Virus record (IMG/VR): IMGVR_UViG_3300030012_003637
Location: 1-56,578 of that record
DNA from: a virus
Lineage: Duplodnaviria > Caudoviricetes
DNA: 56,578 bases
Direction: 5' to 3' (one strand)
Both the position numbers and the translations under genes were made by a program. This document shows positions 25,987 to 36,261 of the stretch, piece after piece. Every line of letters starts with the position of its first letter. Position 1 is the first letter of the stretch. Below the pieces are notes generated by a model. The model did not search any database. It saw only the letters and a program-made list of their open reading frames with translations, and was not told the origin of the DNA.

Positions 25987-25987
25987 T

Positions 25988-26449
25988 ATGAAATTAGATA
26001 AAGATAAAATGGTTGAAGGTCCTTTTGGTAGTAATGCTTGTTATGAGCAAACTTTTATACAAGAAGGAAATGAAATTAAAACGTGGTTATGTTTTGGAAG
26101 CGGCTTTACTACTTCTACATTAATGACTAAAGGTTCTAAAGTAGTTAAAGAGCTTAAAGAAACCTCTCCAGAACTGTATAAAGATCTTCTACATACAGAT
26201 AAAGAAAATAGAGTATGGGCTCCAGCTACTATTACCCTTCCGGAAAAGGGGATGGTGTTTTTAGACGGCACAAGCAAGGAAGTATGGCAGTGGGCAGCTG
26301 TTAAATCTACTCTTATTACTGAAGAGGATAGAAAAACTAAAAAGTTTCCTAAAGACCAAACTCATAAAATGGATATGAAAAATATAAAACATTTTGGTCA
26401 AAGAGAATTTATGGATGCTTTAGAATATATAGATTTTTATATGGTATGA
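25988..26449 (+). CDS. Hypothetical protein
   Basis: 153-aa ORF inside the glycosylation cluster. Confidence 0.7.
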   Translation: MKLDKDKMVEGPFGSNACYEQTFIQEGNEIKTWLCFGSGFTTSTLMTKGSKVVKELKETSPELYKDLLHTDKENRVWAPATITLPEKGMVFLDGTSKEVWQWAAVKSTLITEEDRKTKKFPKDQTHKMDMKNIKHFGQREFMDALEYIDFYMV

Positions 26450-27069
26450 AAATAAGCTATGCTATTACTGTATGTAACGAATTTGTAGAGATACAAAAAC
26501 TTATTTCATTTCTTTTACAGCATAAAAGAGACGAAGATGAGATAGTAGTTTTATACGATGAAGTAAATGGAGATGAAGAGGTTGAAAACTTTTTAAGAGC
26601 AAAAAGTGTTAACTTAGATTTTATGTGGTGGAATGGAGTATTTAATAATCATTTTGCTGATTGGAAAAATACTCTCAGAGAAAGATGTAATGGCGATTAT
26701 ATATTTCAAATAGATGCTGATGAATTACCTCATTGTGATCTTATAGCTAACCTTCCTAGCGTTTTAGAAAATAATCCTGATAATGAAGTTTACTTAGTTC
26801 CTAGAGTAAATACAGTCAAAGGGTTAACTAATGAGCATATATCTAAATGGAGATGGAATGTTAACGATAAAGGTTGGGTAAACTGGCCTGATTATCAATG
26901 GAGAATATGGAAAAATAAACCAGAAATAAAATGGGTTAATAAGGTACATGAAAAATTAGAAGGTTATAAAACTTTTGCACCATTACCTGAACTAGAAGAA
27001 TATAGTTTATCACACCCTAAAACTATAGAAAGACAAGAAAAACAAAATAAATTTTACGATACATTATGA
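26446..27069 (+). CDS. Glycosyltransferase, GT2
   Basis: YAITVCNE, IFQIDADE, WPDYQ.R, KVHE. Confidence 0.85.
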   Translation: MKISYAITVCNEFVEIQKLISFLLQHKRDEDEIVVLYDEVNGDEEVENFLRAKSVNLDFMWWNGVFNNHFADWKNTLRERCNGDYIFQIDADELPHCDLIANLPSVLENNPDNEVYLVPRVNTVKGLTNEHISKWRWNVNDKGWVNWPDYQWRIWKNKPEIKWVNKVHEKLEGYKTFAPLPELEEYSLSHPKTIERQEKQNKFYDTL

Positions 27070-28208
27070 AAAAAATATGGTACGCCCCTTATAAGTTCGA
27101 ATCATACGGACAAGAAGAAATAGACGCAGTAGTTAAATCATTAGAATCAGGATGGCTTGGAGGTCAAGGACCAAAGAGCGTTGAATTTGAAAAAGCTATA
27201 GCAAAAAGATTTGGTAAAAAATACGGAGTGTTTGTAAATTCAGGCTCATCAGCTTGTTTATTAGCAATAGCAGCTTTAGACTTACCGAAAGGATGTAAGA
27301 TAATTACCCCAGCATGTACTTTTGCTACTACTTTAGCTCCTATTATTCAGTTAGGGTTTAAGCCTATATTTGTAGATGTTGGATTAACAGATTATGTAGC
27401 TAATATAGATGAAGTATTAAGTAAAGTAGACGATGATGTTAAAGCTATTATGTTGCCTAATTTAATAGGAAATAAACCTGACTGGTATAAGCTTAAAGAA
27501 GGTCTGAGAAATATGGGCAGAGACGATGTTTTCCTTATAGAAGACAGTGCTGATACCATTACTAAGACAGATGTAACTGATGTTGCTACTACAAGTTTTT
27601 ATGCTTCACATGTTATTACTGCTGGAGGAGTAGGAGGAATGGTAATGTATAACGATAACAAACATGTTACTAAATGTCTTCAATATAGAGATTGGGGTAG
27701 ATTAGGAAACGATTCTGAGATTATGGACGATAGATTTAATCACTCAGTAGATGGAATACCTTATGACCATAAATTTTTATATTCAGTATTAGGTTATCAT
27801 ATGAAAGCTTGTGAAATGAATGCAGCATTTGGTTTAGTTCAGTTAGAAAGATTTAAAAAATTCTCTGATATTAGACGAGCTAACTTTAAAAGATATTTAG
27901 AACTGTTAGATGGAGTAGGAGATTTAATACTACCGGATGATAGCATTGAACCTAATTGGTTAGCCATTCCTTTACAAACTGAAAAGAGATTTGAGTTACT
28001 AACATTTTTAGAAGACCACAATGTACAGACTAGAGTAACCTTTGCAGGTAATGTAACTAGACATCCAGTTTATAGAGAGTATTTAGATGACTTTAAAAAT
28101 TCAGATACTATTATGAAGAATGGTTTCTTATTAGGAGCTCATCATGGAATGACTATAGAAGATGTAGAACACGTTTGTGGTTTAATAAAAGTATTTTTTA
28201 ATAAGTAA
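27066..28208 (+). CDS. DegT/DnrJ/EryC1/StrS PLP enzyme, RfbH/ColD-like sugar 3-dehydratase
   Basis: VNSGSSA, IEDSAD, SFYASHVIT (His instead of the Schiff-base Lys), RDWGR. Confidence 0.85.
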   Translation: MKKIWYAPYKFESYGQEEIDAVVKSLESGWLGGQGPKSVEFEKAIAKRFGKKYGVFVNSGSSACLLAIAALDLPKGCKIITPACTFATTLAPIIQLGFKPIFVDVGLTDYVANIDEVLSKVDDDVKAIMLPNLIGNKPDWYKLKEGLRNMGRDDVFLIEDSADTITKTDVTDVATTSFYASHVITAGGVGGMVMYNDNKHVTKCLQYRDWGRLGNDSEIMDDRFNHSVDGIPYDHKFLYSVLGYHMKACEMNAAFGLVQLERFKKFSDIRRANFKRYLELLDGVGDLILPDDSIEPNWLAIPLQTEKRFELLTFLEDHNVQTRVTFAGNVTRHPVYREYLDDFKNSDTIMKNGFLLGAHHGMTIEDVEHVCGLIKVFFNK

Positions 28209-28209
28209 A

Positions 28210-28836
28210 ATGGAATATATAGAATATAGTACAGAAGATTATCCTTTCAGAGGAATTATAGAAGAAGTATTACAGACTAAAGATTTAGAAAGAATACATA
28301 GTATGGCTGATTATGAGCTTTTTGTTAAAGGAACTGATCAATCTACTATTTGGCATAAAAGGTATTATGATAATTTAGATAAATTTTTACCTTTATATGA
28401 TAAGTTTATTAATGAAGTTGTTAAACCTAGTTTCGGTGAAGATATAGTCTATCAAAAAATCCCTACTTTTAGAACACAGTTAGTTAAGAATTTAGGAGTA
28501 TTTGAGTTTCATAGAGATAGAGACTATGCTCATAACGAAGAAGAGAGAAACTTCTTTTTACCTTTTACCGATGCATATGCTACTAATACTATATGGGTTG
28601 AATCTGAAGAAGATAAAGCAGATTATTCTCCTATGACTACCCTATATGGTCAAGTAGTTAAGTGGAATGGTAATAGTCTTATGCATGGCAATAAGCAAAA
28701 TACTACTTCCAATACCAGAGTTAGTGTTGATTTTAGATGTATTCCTTTATCTAAGTATTCAGAAGAAGAAGGAGCTGCTGCTATATATTCTAAAATGAAA
28801 TTTAAAATAGGCGATTATTATAATGTCACTAAATGA
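28210..28836 (+). CDS. Fe(II)/2OG-dioxygenase-like (StrG-like) protein
   Basis: YQKIPTFR, FHRD, HGN, TRVSVDFR. Confidence 0.6.
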   Translation: MEYIEYSTEDYPFRGIIEEVLQTKDLERIHSMADYELFVKGTDQSTIWHKRYYDNLDKFLPLYDKFINEVVKPSFGEDIVYQKIPTFRTQLVKNLGVFEFHRDRDYAHNEEERNFFLPFTDAYATNTIWVESEEDKADYSPMTTLYGQVVKWNGNSLMHGNKQNTTSNTRVSVDFRCIPLSKYSEEEGAAAIYSKMKFKIGDYYNVTK

Positions 28837-29495
28837 AGACTTTAGTATTAGGAGACGGTATTTTAGGATCAGAAATCGTAAAACAGACTGGCTGGGAATT
28901 AATGTCTCGGAAAAAGACAGGTTTCGATATAAACTCAACAAGTCTAGAGGTTCTTAACGATTACGATATAGTTATAAATTGTATAGCTAATACTGATTGT
29001 TACTCACTAAGTAAAATAAAACACTTAGAAATAAATTATAATTTTCCTAAAAGGTTATCTGATTACTGTGTAAATAGAGGAATTAAATTAGTTCATATAT
29101 CTACTGAATTTGTATATGCTAATAACAAATATGCTCCTAATGAGGAAGATAAAGCTATTCCAGATAACACTTGGTATGCTAAAAGTAAATTACTAGCTGA
29201 TAATTATATTGAACTTACTAATGAGAAAGCTTTAATTTGTAGAGAGCTTCACAAACCTAATCCTTTCCCTTATAAAGAAGTATGGAAAATAAGAACAACA
29301 GGCGATACAGTAGATAAAATAGCAGATTTAATTATTCAGTTAATAAATAAACACGCTGTAGGAATATATAATGTTGGTACTGGATGTAAATGGTTAAAAG
29401 ACCTTGCACCTAATTGTAAAGAAGTAGATGCTCCTGATTATGTTCCTTTCGATACTACAATGGACTTAACTAAACTTAATACTTTTTTAAGATAA
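28833..29495 (+). CDS. rmlD: dTDP-4-dehydrorhamnose reductase-like SDR
   Basis: LGDGILG, INCIA.T, HISTEFVY, YAKSK. Confidence 0.75.
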   Translation: MKTLVLGDGILGSEIVKQTGWELMSRKKTGFDINSTSLEVLNDYDIVINCIANTDCYSLSKIKHLEINYNFPKRLSDYCVNRGIKLVHISTEFVYANNKYAPNEEDKAIPDNTWYAKSKLLADNYIELTNEKALICRELHKPNPFPYKEVWKIRTTGDTVDKIADLIIQLINKHAVGIYNVGTGCKWLKDLAPNCKEVDAPDYVPFDTTMDLTKLNTFLR

Positions 29496-30376
29496 TGAAA
29501 GATGTTTACTTTATTGTAAAAGATATAGAAGGTAAGACTTATCCTTCTAATTACCTTCTAGGTAAAATGGTATCTGAAAAATTAAATAACCATGGAATGA
29601 ATACAAAAGTTATTGATTCTATACAAGGGTTAAAAGATAGTATTTTAATTTTTAATGGCTCTTTGATAAAAGAATATGATTTAAATAAGCATACATTAGA
29701 GATGTTAAAAGGTAGAAATAATAAATTAGTTCTTAATCCTTGTGACTATTTTATTTGGATGACTTATGAAGAATTAGAGCTTTACCCGTACATGGATGCT
29801 TTTATATTTCCTAACACTCAGTATAAAAATATGATAAAAGGATTAACTGACGATCAAATTATATCTGTTATTCCGCATCATTATGATCATAGATTCGATG
29901 GAGTTAAAGTTGAAAAAAGAAAAGATTTCTGTGTAGGATATTTTGGAGTTCCTTATAAAGATAAATATTTTATACCTGATACTAGCCCAGATTGGTTAAT
30001 TTATAATATAGATTTAAGAATAGGAGAATTAGAATATGAAGCTCAGAAATTTCATGTACACTTCTCTCATAGGAGTCCTTCTTCGTTAGATTTTTTCTTA
30101 AAACCTGCTACTAAATTAGCTATAGCATCAGCAAGTAATGTTGCTTTCTTAACTTCTAAAGATACATCAGTTATGGATTTTTTACCTGAAGACTATCCTT
30201 TATTTATTTCAGAAGATTTAGATGATTTAAATAGTAAATACGAATTATTAAAAAGTAAGTTTGGGACAAAAGAATGGAAAGATTACGTAGGATTTATTAG
30301 TAACCTAAAAGAAAAATTTGATTTAAATTACCAACAAAAAGATTATAAACTATTGTTTGAACGATTATCTGAATGA
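29495..30376 (+). CDS. Glycosyltransferase-like protein
   Basis: VIPHHYD, VGYFG, KPATKL GT-B-like features. Confidence 0.5.
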   Translation: MKDVYFIVKDIEGKTYPSNYLLGKMVSEKLNNHGMNTKVIDSIQGLKDSILIFNGSLIKEYDLNKHTLEMLKGRNNKLVLNPCDYFIWMTYEELELYPYMDAFIFPNTQYKNMIKGLTDDQIISVIPHHYDHRFDGVKVEKRKDFCVGYFGVPYKDKYFIPDTSPDWLIYNIDLRIGELEYEAQKFHVHFSHRSPSSLDFFLKPATKLAIASASNVAFLTSKDTSVMDFLPEDYPLFISEDLDDLNSKYELLKSKFGTKEWKDYVGFISNLKEKFDLNYQQKDYKLLFERLSE

Positions 30377-31038
30377 ACTTAACTATAGCTATAGATGATG
30401 TGAACCCTCTGAAAGGTTGGAGAATATTTGGTGATGATACTGAAAAGTATTTATTTGATCTAAATAAAACTTTCGGTGTAAAATTTACTTTATTTATTCC
30501 TTCTAATTATCATAATGAAGCTCCAATATCTAAAGATAAAAATTGGATAACAGACCTTAAAGATTCAGGTATATTTGAATTAGCAGCTCATGGTCATTTT
30601 CATCAAACTTCTAATCCTAAACGCTTAGGAGAGATGGAGTTTGCTGAATTAAGCAATGAAGAAGATATTCAAGATAGAATAAAATTAATGTTTGAAGAAT
30701 GGAATAAAGTAGGAATCAAACCAATAGGATGGAGAAATCCAGGTTGGATATGTCATCCATTAGCTAAAAAATACCTGGAAAATAAATTTGAATATGCTGC
30801 TTTACATTATGATCATAACAATAATCTTAAATGGAAGCTTAAAGAAATATTTGGTGCTGATGGAATACATGAGACTAATATTACTACTCACAAAGATAAT
30901 ATTATGTTACATTCACACATTTGTGGAGACTGGAATGATAATGTTTGGAATGAAAATAATTACAAACAATTAAACTTATCGTTGGAATTCTTATTTAAAA
31001 ATTATAAATTAGATAATAAAACTATAGCTGAATTATGA
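30373..31038 (+). CDS. Polysaccharide deacetylase-like (NodB/DUF2334)
   Basis: IAIDDV, FTLFIP, ELAAHGHFH, GWRNPGW. Confidence 0.75.
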   Translation: MNLTIAIDDVNPLKGWRIFGDDTEKYLFDLNKTFGVKFTLFIPSNYHNEAPISKDKNWITDLKDSGIFELAAHGHFHQTSNPKRLGEMEFAELSNEEDIQDRIKLMFEEWNKVGIKPIGWRNPGWICHPLAKKYLENKFEYAALHYDHNNNLKWKLKEIFGADGIHETNITTHKDNIMLHSHICGDWNDNVWNENNYKQLNLSLEFLFKNYKLDNKTIAEL

Positions 31039-31943
31039 AAGTAGCTTTTTTTACAGAGATGAATTTCATAGGAAAAATTCCTAGAAATCATACTAATATG
31101 AGAACTGAATTTGCTTGGATGGTAGCTTTAGATGCTGATCATTATAATATTAATCAAGTCCCAGAAGATAAATATGACTTAGGTATCATAATAATTCCTA
31201 AGAAAAATCCTGATATAGATCTAGCTCAAATTAAAGAGTACTGTAATAAGGTAGCAGTTATGCAAGAAGGTCCACATTGGTATTTTCAAGATTATGATAT
31301 AGCTAGACAAGTTCATTATTATAATAGCTTACAAAAGGCTGATATTATATTTGCACATAATAAAAAAGATAAAGAATACTATCAAGGACTAACTCAACAT
31401 AAAGATATTAGAGTTATGCAATCGTTAATGATAGAAGATAGTATAGATATTAATTCTTTAACTGATAGTAAAGATAGAAAAAATTGTATTATAGGAGGTA
31501 ATTTTGTATCATGGTATGGAGGTTTTGATTCATTTATTGTAGCTAATAATGTATTTAAATCAGATGAAATATATGCTCCTTCAATGGGAAGAAAGCAAGA
31601 AGGAGAAGAAAATTTAATAAAGCATATTCCTTATACTGAATGGAATGACTGGATAAAACAACTTAGTAAATTTAGAGTAGGAATACATCTAATGAGAACT
31701 CATGCTGCAGGAACTTTTGCATTAAACTGTGCTTACTTAGGGATTCCTTGTATAGGTTATAAAGGTTTAGATACTCAAGAAACTTTACATCCATCTCTAA
31801 GCATAGACGTAGGTGATATAAATAAAGCTAATGAATTATTAAAGACTTTAAATAATAATAAAGATTTTTATGATAAGTGTAAAGAAGAAGCTAAAAAAAA
31901 CTATGATAAGTTTTATCATGAGAGAAATTTTAAAATAGATTAA
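31035..31943 (+). CDS. Glycosyltransferase-like protein (GT-B)
   Basis: AAGTFALNCAYLGIPCIG GT-B C-terminal motif. Confidence 0.6.
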   Translation: MKVAFFTEMNFIGKIPRNHTNMRTEFAWMVALDADHYNINQVPEDKYDLGIIIIPKKNPDIDLAQIKEYCNKVAVMQEGPHWYFQDYDIARQVHYYNSLQKADIIFAHNKKDKEYYQGLTQHKDIRVMQSLMIEDSIDINSLTDSKDRKNCIIGGNFVSWYGGFDSFIVANNVFKSDEIYAPSMGRKQEGEENLIKHIPYTEWNDWIKQLSKFRVGIHLMRTHAAGTFALNCAYLGIPCIGYKGLDTQETLHPSLSIDVGDINKANELLKTLNNNKDFYDKCKEEAKKNYDKFYHERNFKID

Positions 31944-31944
31944 T

Positions 31945-32385
31945 ATGAAAAAATATAAATTAGGATTCACAGCAGGTAACTTTGATTTATTACACCCTGG
32001 TTACATATATACATTTCAAGAAGCTAAAAGACATTGTGATAAACTATTAATTTTTCTACATGAAGATCCTTCTGCAACTAGATATAGTAAATACAAACCA
32101 GTTATATCTTTATATGAAAGGTATAATGTTCTTATGGCCGTACAGTATGTAGATGAAGTAGTTACTTATCAGACTGAGGAAGATTTAATAAAGTTAATAC
32201 AATTTTATAAACCTGATTTAAGAATATTAGGAGACGATTATATAGGCAAAAGATATACAGGAGATCATTTACCTATTGATGTAATTTTTACTACAAGATC
32301 CCATGGATGGTCAACAACTAAACTTAAAAACTTAATTACTAAACAAACTATGAAGCAAAATCCTGACGTAATAAAAGAAAAATAG
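31945..32385 (+). CDS. Cytidylyltransferase (TagD/RfaE-like)
   Basis: GNFDLLHPG, VDEV, GDDY, WSTT. Confidence 0.85.
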   Translation: MKKYKLGFTAGNFDLLHPGYIYTFQEAKRHCDKLLIFLHEDPSATRYSKYKPVISLYERYNVLMAVQYVDEVVTYQTEEDLIKLIQFYKPDLRILGDDYIGKRYTGDHLPIDVIFTTRSHGWSTTKLKNLITKQTMKQNPDVIKEK

Positions 32386-32416
32386 TTGTTTTTCTGATAG
32401 TTTTTTACTATATTAT
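32385..32416 (+). promoter_or_regulatory. Early-type promoter
   Basis: GTTG-N20-TATATTAT. Confidence 0.7.
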
Positions 32417-32420
32417 ATTA

Positions 32421-33308
32421 ATGAGAGTAGTAGTAACAGGAGGTTTCGGTTTTATAGGATCATCATTTGTAAATTATTTAGACTCTTTAGGACATGACGT
32501 CTTAATAGTAGATAAGATTACTTATGCTGCTAATGTAGATAATATTCATGCTGCTAATAATACTATTCTAGCTGTAGAAAAAGATATTTGTGATGTAACT
32601 GCAGAAGATCTAGGAGATTATGAATACTTAGTTAACTTTGCTGCTGAATCTCATGTTGATAATTCTATTAAAGATGGAAGACCTTTTGTTAGGAGTAATG
32701 TAGAAGGAACTTTTAATTTATTAGAACTAGCTAGAAAAAATTCTTATCTTAAAAAGTTTATTCAAATATCAACTGATGAGGTTTATGGCGATATGGAAGA
32801 TTATGGAGAGGGTGTATTAGCTAATGAAACATTTCCTCTCATGGGATCATCATATTACTCTTCTACTAAAGCATCAGCTGATTTATTAGTTCAAGCAGCA
32901 GGACGTACTTATGGACTACCTTATTTAATTACTCGTACTTGTAATAATTTTGGAGTTAAACAGAATAAAGAAAAGTTTATACCGACTATTTTTAACTGTA
33001 TAAATAACGATATTGAAATTCCTATTTACGGTGATGGTAATCAGATTAGAGAATGGATATGGGTAGAAGATAATGTAAAAATACTCTATAAATTAATGTT
33101 AGAAAATACAGGAGTAGAAAATATAGGATCAGGAGATAGATGGACTAACAGAGAACTTATTCAGTTAATAGCTGATATTTCAAATAAAGAGATTAAATTT
33201 AAATTTGTAGAAGATAGATTAGGACATGATACTAGATATGGAATGCAAACTAATTTTCAAGATTATAAATTTAAATTACTAGAAGAATATTTAAAAGAAC
33301 AATTATGA
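32421..33308 (+). CDS. rmlB: dTDP-glucose 4,6-dehydratase
   Basis: TGGFGFIGS, DKITYA, FAAESHVDNSI, STDEVYG, YSSTKAS, DRLGHD.RY. Confidence 0.92.
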   Translation: MRVVVTGGFGFIGSSFVNYLDSLGHDVLIVDKITYAANVDNIHAANNTILAVEKDICDVTAEDLGDYEYLVNFAAESHVDNSIKDGRPFVRSNVEGTFNLLELARKNSYLKKFIQISTDEVYGDMEDYGEGVLANETFPLMGSSYYSSTKASADLLVQAAGRTYGLPYLITRTCNNFGVKQNKEKFIPTIFNCINNDIEIPIYGDGNQIREWIWVEDNVKILYKLMLENTGVENIGSGDRWTNRELIQLIADISNKEIKFKFVEDRLGHDTRYGMQTNFQDYKFKLLEEYLKEQL

Positions 33309-34147
33309 TAGCTTTGGTAACAGGCGGTGCTGGATTTGTAGGTACCAATTTAATTAAAAGACTTCTCAAAGAAGGATACGAAGTAATTAGTATAGATAAC
33401 TACTTTACTGGCTTTGAACATAATCATGTAGATGGAGCTTATTATATCAATGAAGATATTAGAACGATAGATTATGAAGCTTTGAAAAAACCTACTGTAA
33501 TATATCATTTAGCTGCCTTAGCTAGAATACAACCTTCATTTGATAACCCAGTTGAATGTTTTGATATAAATGCTAAAGGTACTTTAAGACTAGCTCATTA
33601 TGCTGCTAAAAATGATATACCTTTATTTTATGCAGGAACTTCTTCTAAACATAGCGGTAAATTTAAAAACCCTTATACGTTTACAAAAGATATTGGAGAA
33701 GATATAGTAAAACTATATCAAGAGCATTATAATTTAAAAGCAAGTATAGCTAGATTTTATAATGTTTATGGTCCTAATCAATTATGTGAAGGTCCATATT
33801 GTACTGTAATAGGTATATGGATTAAAGCATTAGAGGATAGTAAACCTTTATTAATAACTGGAGATGGAGAACAAAGAAGAGATTTTACTCATGTAGATGA
33901 TATAGTAGAAGCTTTGTATTTAATGGATGAGAATCAAGCTTTTGGTTTTGAATTTGAATTAGGTAGAGGAAAAAATAACTCTTTAAATGAGTTAATAGAA
34001 TTTATTAATCCTCCTCAAAAAGAATATATCCCAGCTAGACCTGGAGAAGCTAGAGTTACTCTTAATACCGATCAAACAGCTAGTAAGGTTTTAGGTTGGG
34101 ATCCTAAAATTAATATTGAAGATTATATAAAAAATGGATTTGAATAA
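33305..34147 (+). CDS. NAD-dependent epimerase/dehydratase
   Basis: TGGAGFVG, HLAA, YTFTK, RFYNVYGP, GDGEQRRDF. Confidence 0.9.
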   Translation: MIALVTGGAGFVGTNLIKRLLKEGYEVISIDNYFTGFEHNHVDGAYYINEDIRTIDYEALKKPTVIYHLAALARIQPSFDNPVECFDINAKGTLRLAHYAAKNDIPLFYAGTSSKHSGKFKNPYTFTKDIGEDIVKLYQEHYNLKASIARFYNVYGPNQLCEGPYCTVIGIWIKALEDSKPLLITGDGEQRRDFTHVDDIVEALYLMDENQAFGFEFELGRGKNNSLNELIEFINPPQKEYIPARPGEARVTLNTDQTASKVLGWDPKINIEDYIKNGFE

Positions 34148-35291
34148 ATTTACTTTTGTTATTCCTTCTAGAAATAATCTAGAGTTTTTAAAATTAGCTT
34201 ATGAATCTATACGTAATTTAGAAACTAAGCATGAAATTTTAGTTTTAGATGATGCTTCAGAAGATGGTACATCGTCTTGGATCGAAGAACAAAATGATGA
34301 AGACTTAATAACTTTTTATAATCCTGGACCAGAAAGGATTGGAATAGTAGGAATGTTTGATAAGGGAATAGAATTAGCTCGTACAGATATCATAATGGCT
34401 TTTCATGCTGATATGGTTGCATGTAAAGATTTAGATAAAAATATTCTTAAACATTTAGATAAAGGAGTAGTAGTCTCTGCCACAAGAGTAGAACCTCCTT
34501 TACATCCAGATGGTCCAGAGAAAATTATTCGTAATTATGGAATAGAAGCAGATGAATTTAACTTTGAAGCTTGGTATTCCGGAAGTGAATCATTAAAAGA
34601 AAATAAAACTACTGAGGGTATATTTGCTCCTTGGTGTATGTTTAAAGAAGATTTTTTTAAAGTAGGAGGTCATGATAAATTATTTGCCCCTCAATCTAAA
34701 GAAGACTCAGACTTATTTAATAGATTTCAATTAAACGGATATAAATTTATTCAACCTTGGGATGCTTTAGTATATCATTTTACTTCTAGAGGTTCTAGAT
34801 TTAATAAGTATTCTGGAGGTTCAGCTGGAAAGAATTCAAACGAATGGTTAAAGACTACTACTAAGAATGGAAGAAACTTTTTACGTAAATGGGGTCATTT
34901 TGTAATGCATGATCAGTATATGAAACCTATAATACCTAACAAGTATGATGTTGGCTTTATAATTAAAAATTGTGATAATGATATGCTTGCTTTATTAGAA
35001 CCTTATTGTGATACTATATATGTTGATTGTGACTATTCAGATTATATAAAAGAAGAGCAGCAAAATACTTTAATTAATTTATCAACAAGAGTTTTACCTT
35101 ACGATAATGAAAAGCAAAACTCAATTTTAATTGAAGTAGATAGAAAAGAGTTTAACGAACAAGATATGATTATTATCCAAAAGCTCTCCCAGATATTAGA
35201 TGATAGTGGTAAAGTTGGAGAATTTAAATTAAATAATCTATTTATTAATATAATTAAGTATGAAAAAATTAATCATAGAATTTACGCATAA
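34134..35291 (+). CDS. Glycosyltransferase, GT2
   Basis: VIPSRN, LDDASEDGT, HADM, GGHD..F....EDSD, VYHF. Confidence 0.85.
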   Translation: MDLNKFTFVIPSRNNLEFLKLAYESIRNLETKHEILVLDDASEDGTSSWIEEQNDEDLITFYNPGPERIGIVGMFDKGIELARTDIIMAFHADMVACKDLDKNILKHLDKGVVVSATRVEPPLHPDGPEKIIRNYGIEADEFNFEAWYSGSESLKENKTTEGIFAPWCMFKEDFFKVGGHDKLFAPQSKEDSDLFNRFQLNGYKFIQPWDALVYHFTSRGSRFNKYSGGSAGKNSNEWLKTTTKNGRNFLRKWGHFVMHDQYMKPIIPNKYDVGFIIKNCDNDMLALLEPYCDTIYVDCDYSDYIKEEQQNTLINLSTRVLPYDNEKQNSILIEVDRKEFNEQDMIIIQKLSQILDDSGKVGEFKLNNLFINIIKYEKINHRIYA

Positions 35292-35436
35292 ATCTGGAGA
35301 AGTAGAAGAGATAGAATTTGTAACTGATAGAGGTTATGATTGGACTGTTGAGCAATGGACTAGAAATAGATGGATTGTAGACCATAAATTAATATCAGAA
35401 GAAAACGTAAATAACAAAAAAATGCTATTAGGCTAA
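35260..35436 (+). CDS. Small hypothetical protein (58 aa)
   Basis: MKKLIIEFTH...KKMLLG*; has its own TATTTAT at 35239; not in the track. Confidence 0.6.
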   Translation: MKKLIIEFTHKSGEVEEIEFVTDRGYDWTVEQWTRNRWIVDHKLISEENVNNKKMLLG

Positions 35437-35437
35437 C

Positions 35438-35444
35438 TATTTAT
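35438..35444 (+). promoter_or_regulatory. Late-type promoter motif TATTTAT
   Basis: 4 nt before ATG 35449 (probably leaderless). Confidence 0.55.
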
Positions 35445-35448
35445 TAAT

Positions 35449-35808
35449 ATGAAAATCGAAAACCTTATTAAACAAATTACTGAATCTGCAAAAATCAATT
35501 TTGCTGGACATCAATTTGTCTTAAAAGTTGACACTAACGAAGATCCTCAAAAGAAAGGAGTTAAAGTTCAATTCATTCCTACCGAATTTGGATCAATGAC
35601 TAGAACTGAACAAAATGATATTGCTATTGAATTAGAAGAAAGACTAGAAAAAGGTCTTGCTGAATATGATTTAAGAGTAGAAAGAGATAGAAACTTAAAA
35701 GACAAAACTATTATTGGATTTTTTATTTATATAGAATATTTTGATAAAATTATTAGAAAAGCTTTATCAAAACAAAATCCAGATACAATTGATGAACCAG
35801 AAGTATGA
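35449..35808 (+). CDS. Hypothetical protein
   Basis: 119-aa ORF. Confidence 0.7.
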   Translation: MKIENLIKQITESAKINFAGHQFVLKVDTNEDPQKKGVKVQFIPTEFGSMTRTEQNDIAIELEERLEKGLAEYDLRVERDRNLKDKTIIGFFIYIEYFDKIIRKALSKQNPDTIDEPEV

Positions 35809-36206
35809 GCAAACCAGAAGCTGTAATTAAAAGAACTTTTCATAATATTTATCCAATTCGTTTCAGAATTAAAAAGAAACAGTTAGATAGGTCTTCCTTT
35901 AATAGAAAACTTTTTATAGATCTTTGTACTAATTTAAAGAAAGTAGAAATTAGAAGAGATCACTTATTACAAGCAGTTGGTATAGATGTTACAGCTTTTG
36001 AAGACTTATACTTTCATATAATTGAAAACTTACTTAATCTTTCTTTTAATAAAGAACAACTTAATCTTTTACATACTTACCTCTATGAATTATCTCCTAA
36101 TGATGAATGGGATGGTTTTATTGAATTAAAAATAGGAAATACTATGAGAAAATTCAATATAAAAGAGCCTAAACAAGTATGGGAAATACTGCAATTAATT
36201 AAGTAA
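35805..36206 (+). CDS. Hypothetical protein
   Basis: 133-aa ORF, ATGA overlap. Confidence 0.7.
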   Translation: MSKPEAVIKRTFHNIYPIRFRIKKKQLDRSSFNRKLFIDLCTNLKKVEIRRDHLLQAVGIDVTAFEDLYFHIIENLLNLSFNKEQLNLLHTYLYELSPNDEWDGFIELKIGNTMRKFNIKEPKQVWEILQLIK

Positions 36207-36209
36207 AAA

Positions 36210-36241
36210 GTTGGTTTTCTGAGATATTTTTCTTATATTTA
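36210..36241 (+). promoter_or_regulatory. Early-type promoter
   Basis: GTTG-N20-TATATTTA. Confidence 0.75.
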
Positions 36242-36261
36242 TATAGTAAAAAGGTTATGTT

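Noticed and set aside
30788-30973. Alternative-frame + strand ORF inside the deacetylase gene
   Set aside because: Ile/Met/Leu-rich frame-shift shadow with no codon-usage anomaly in the host gene.
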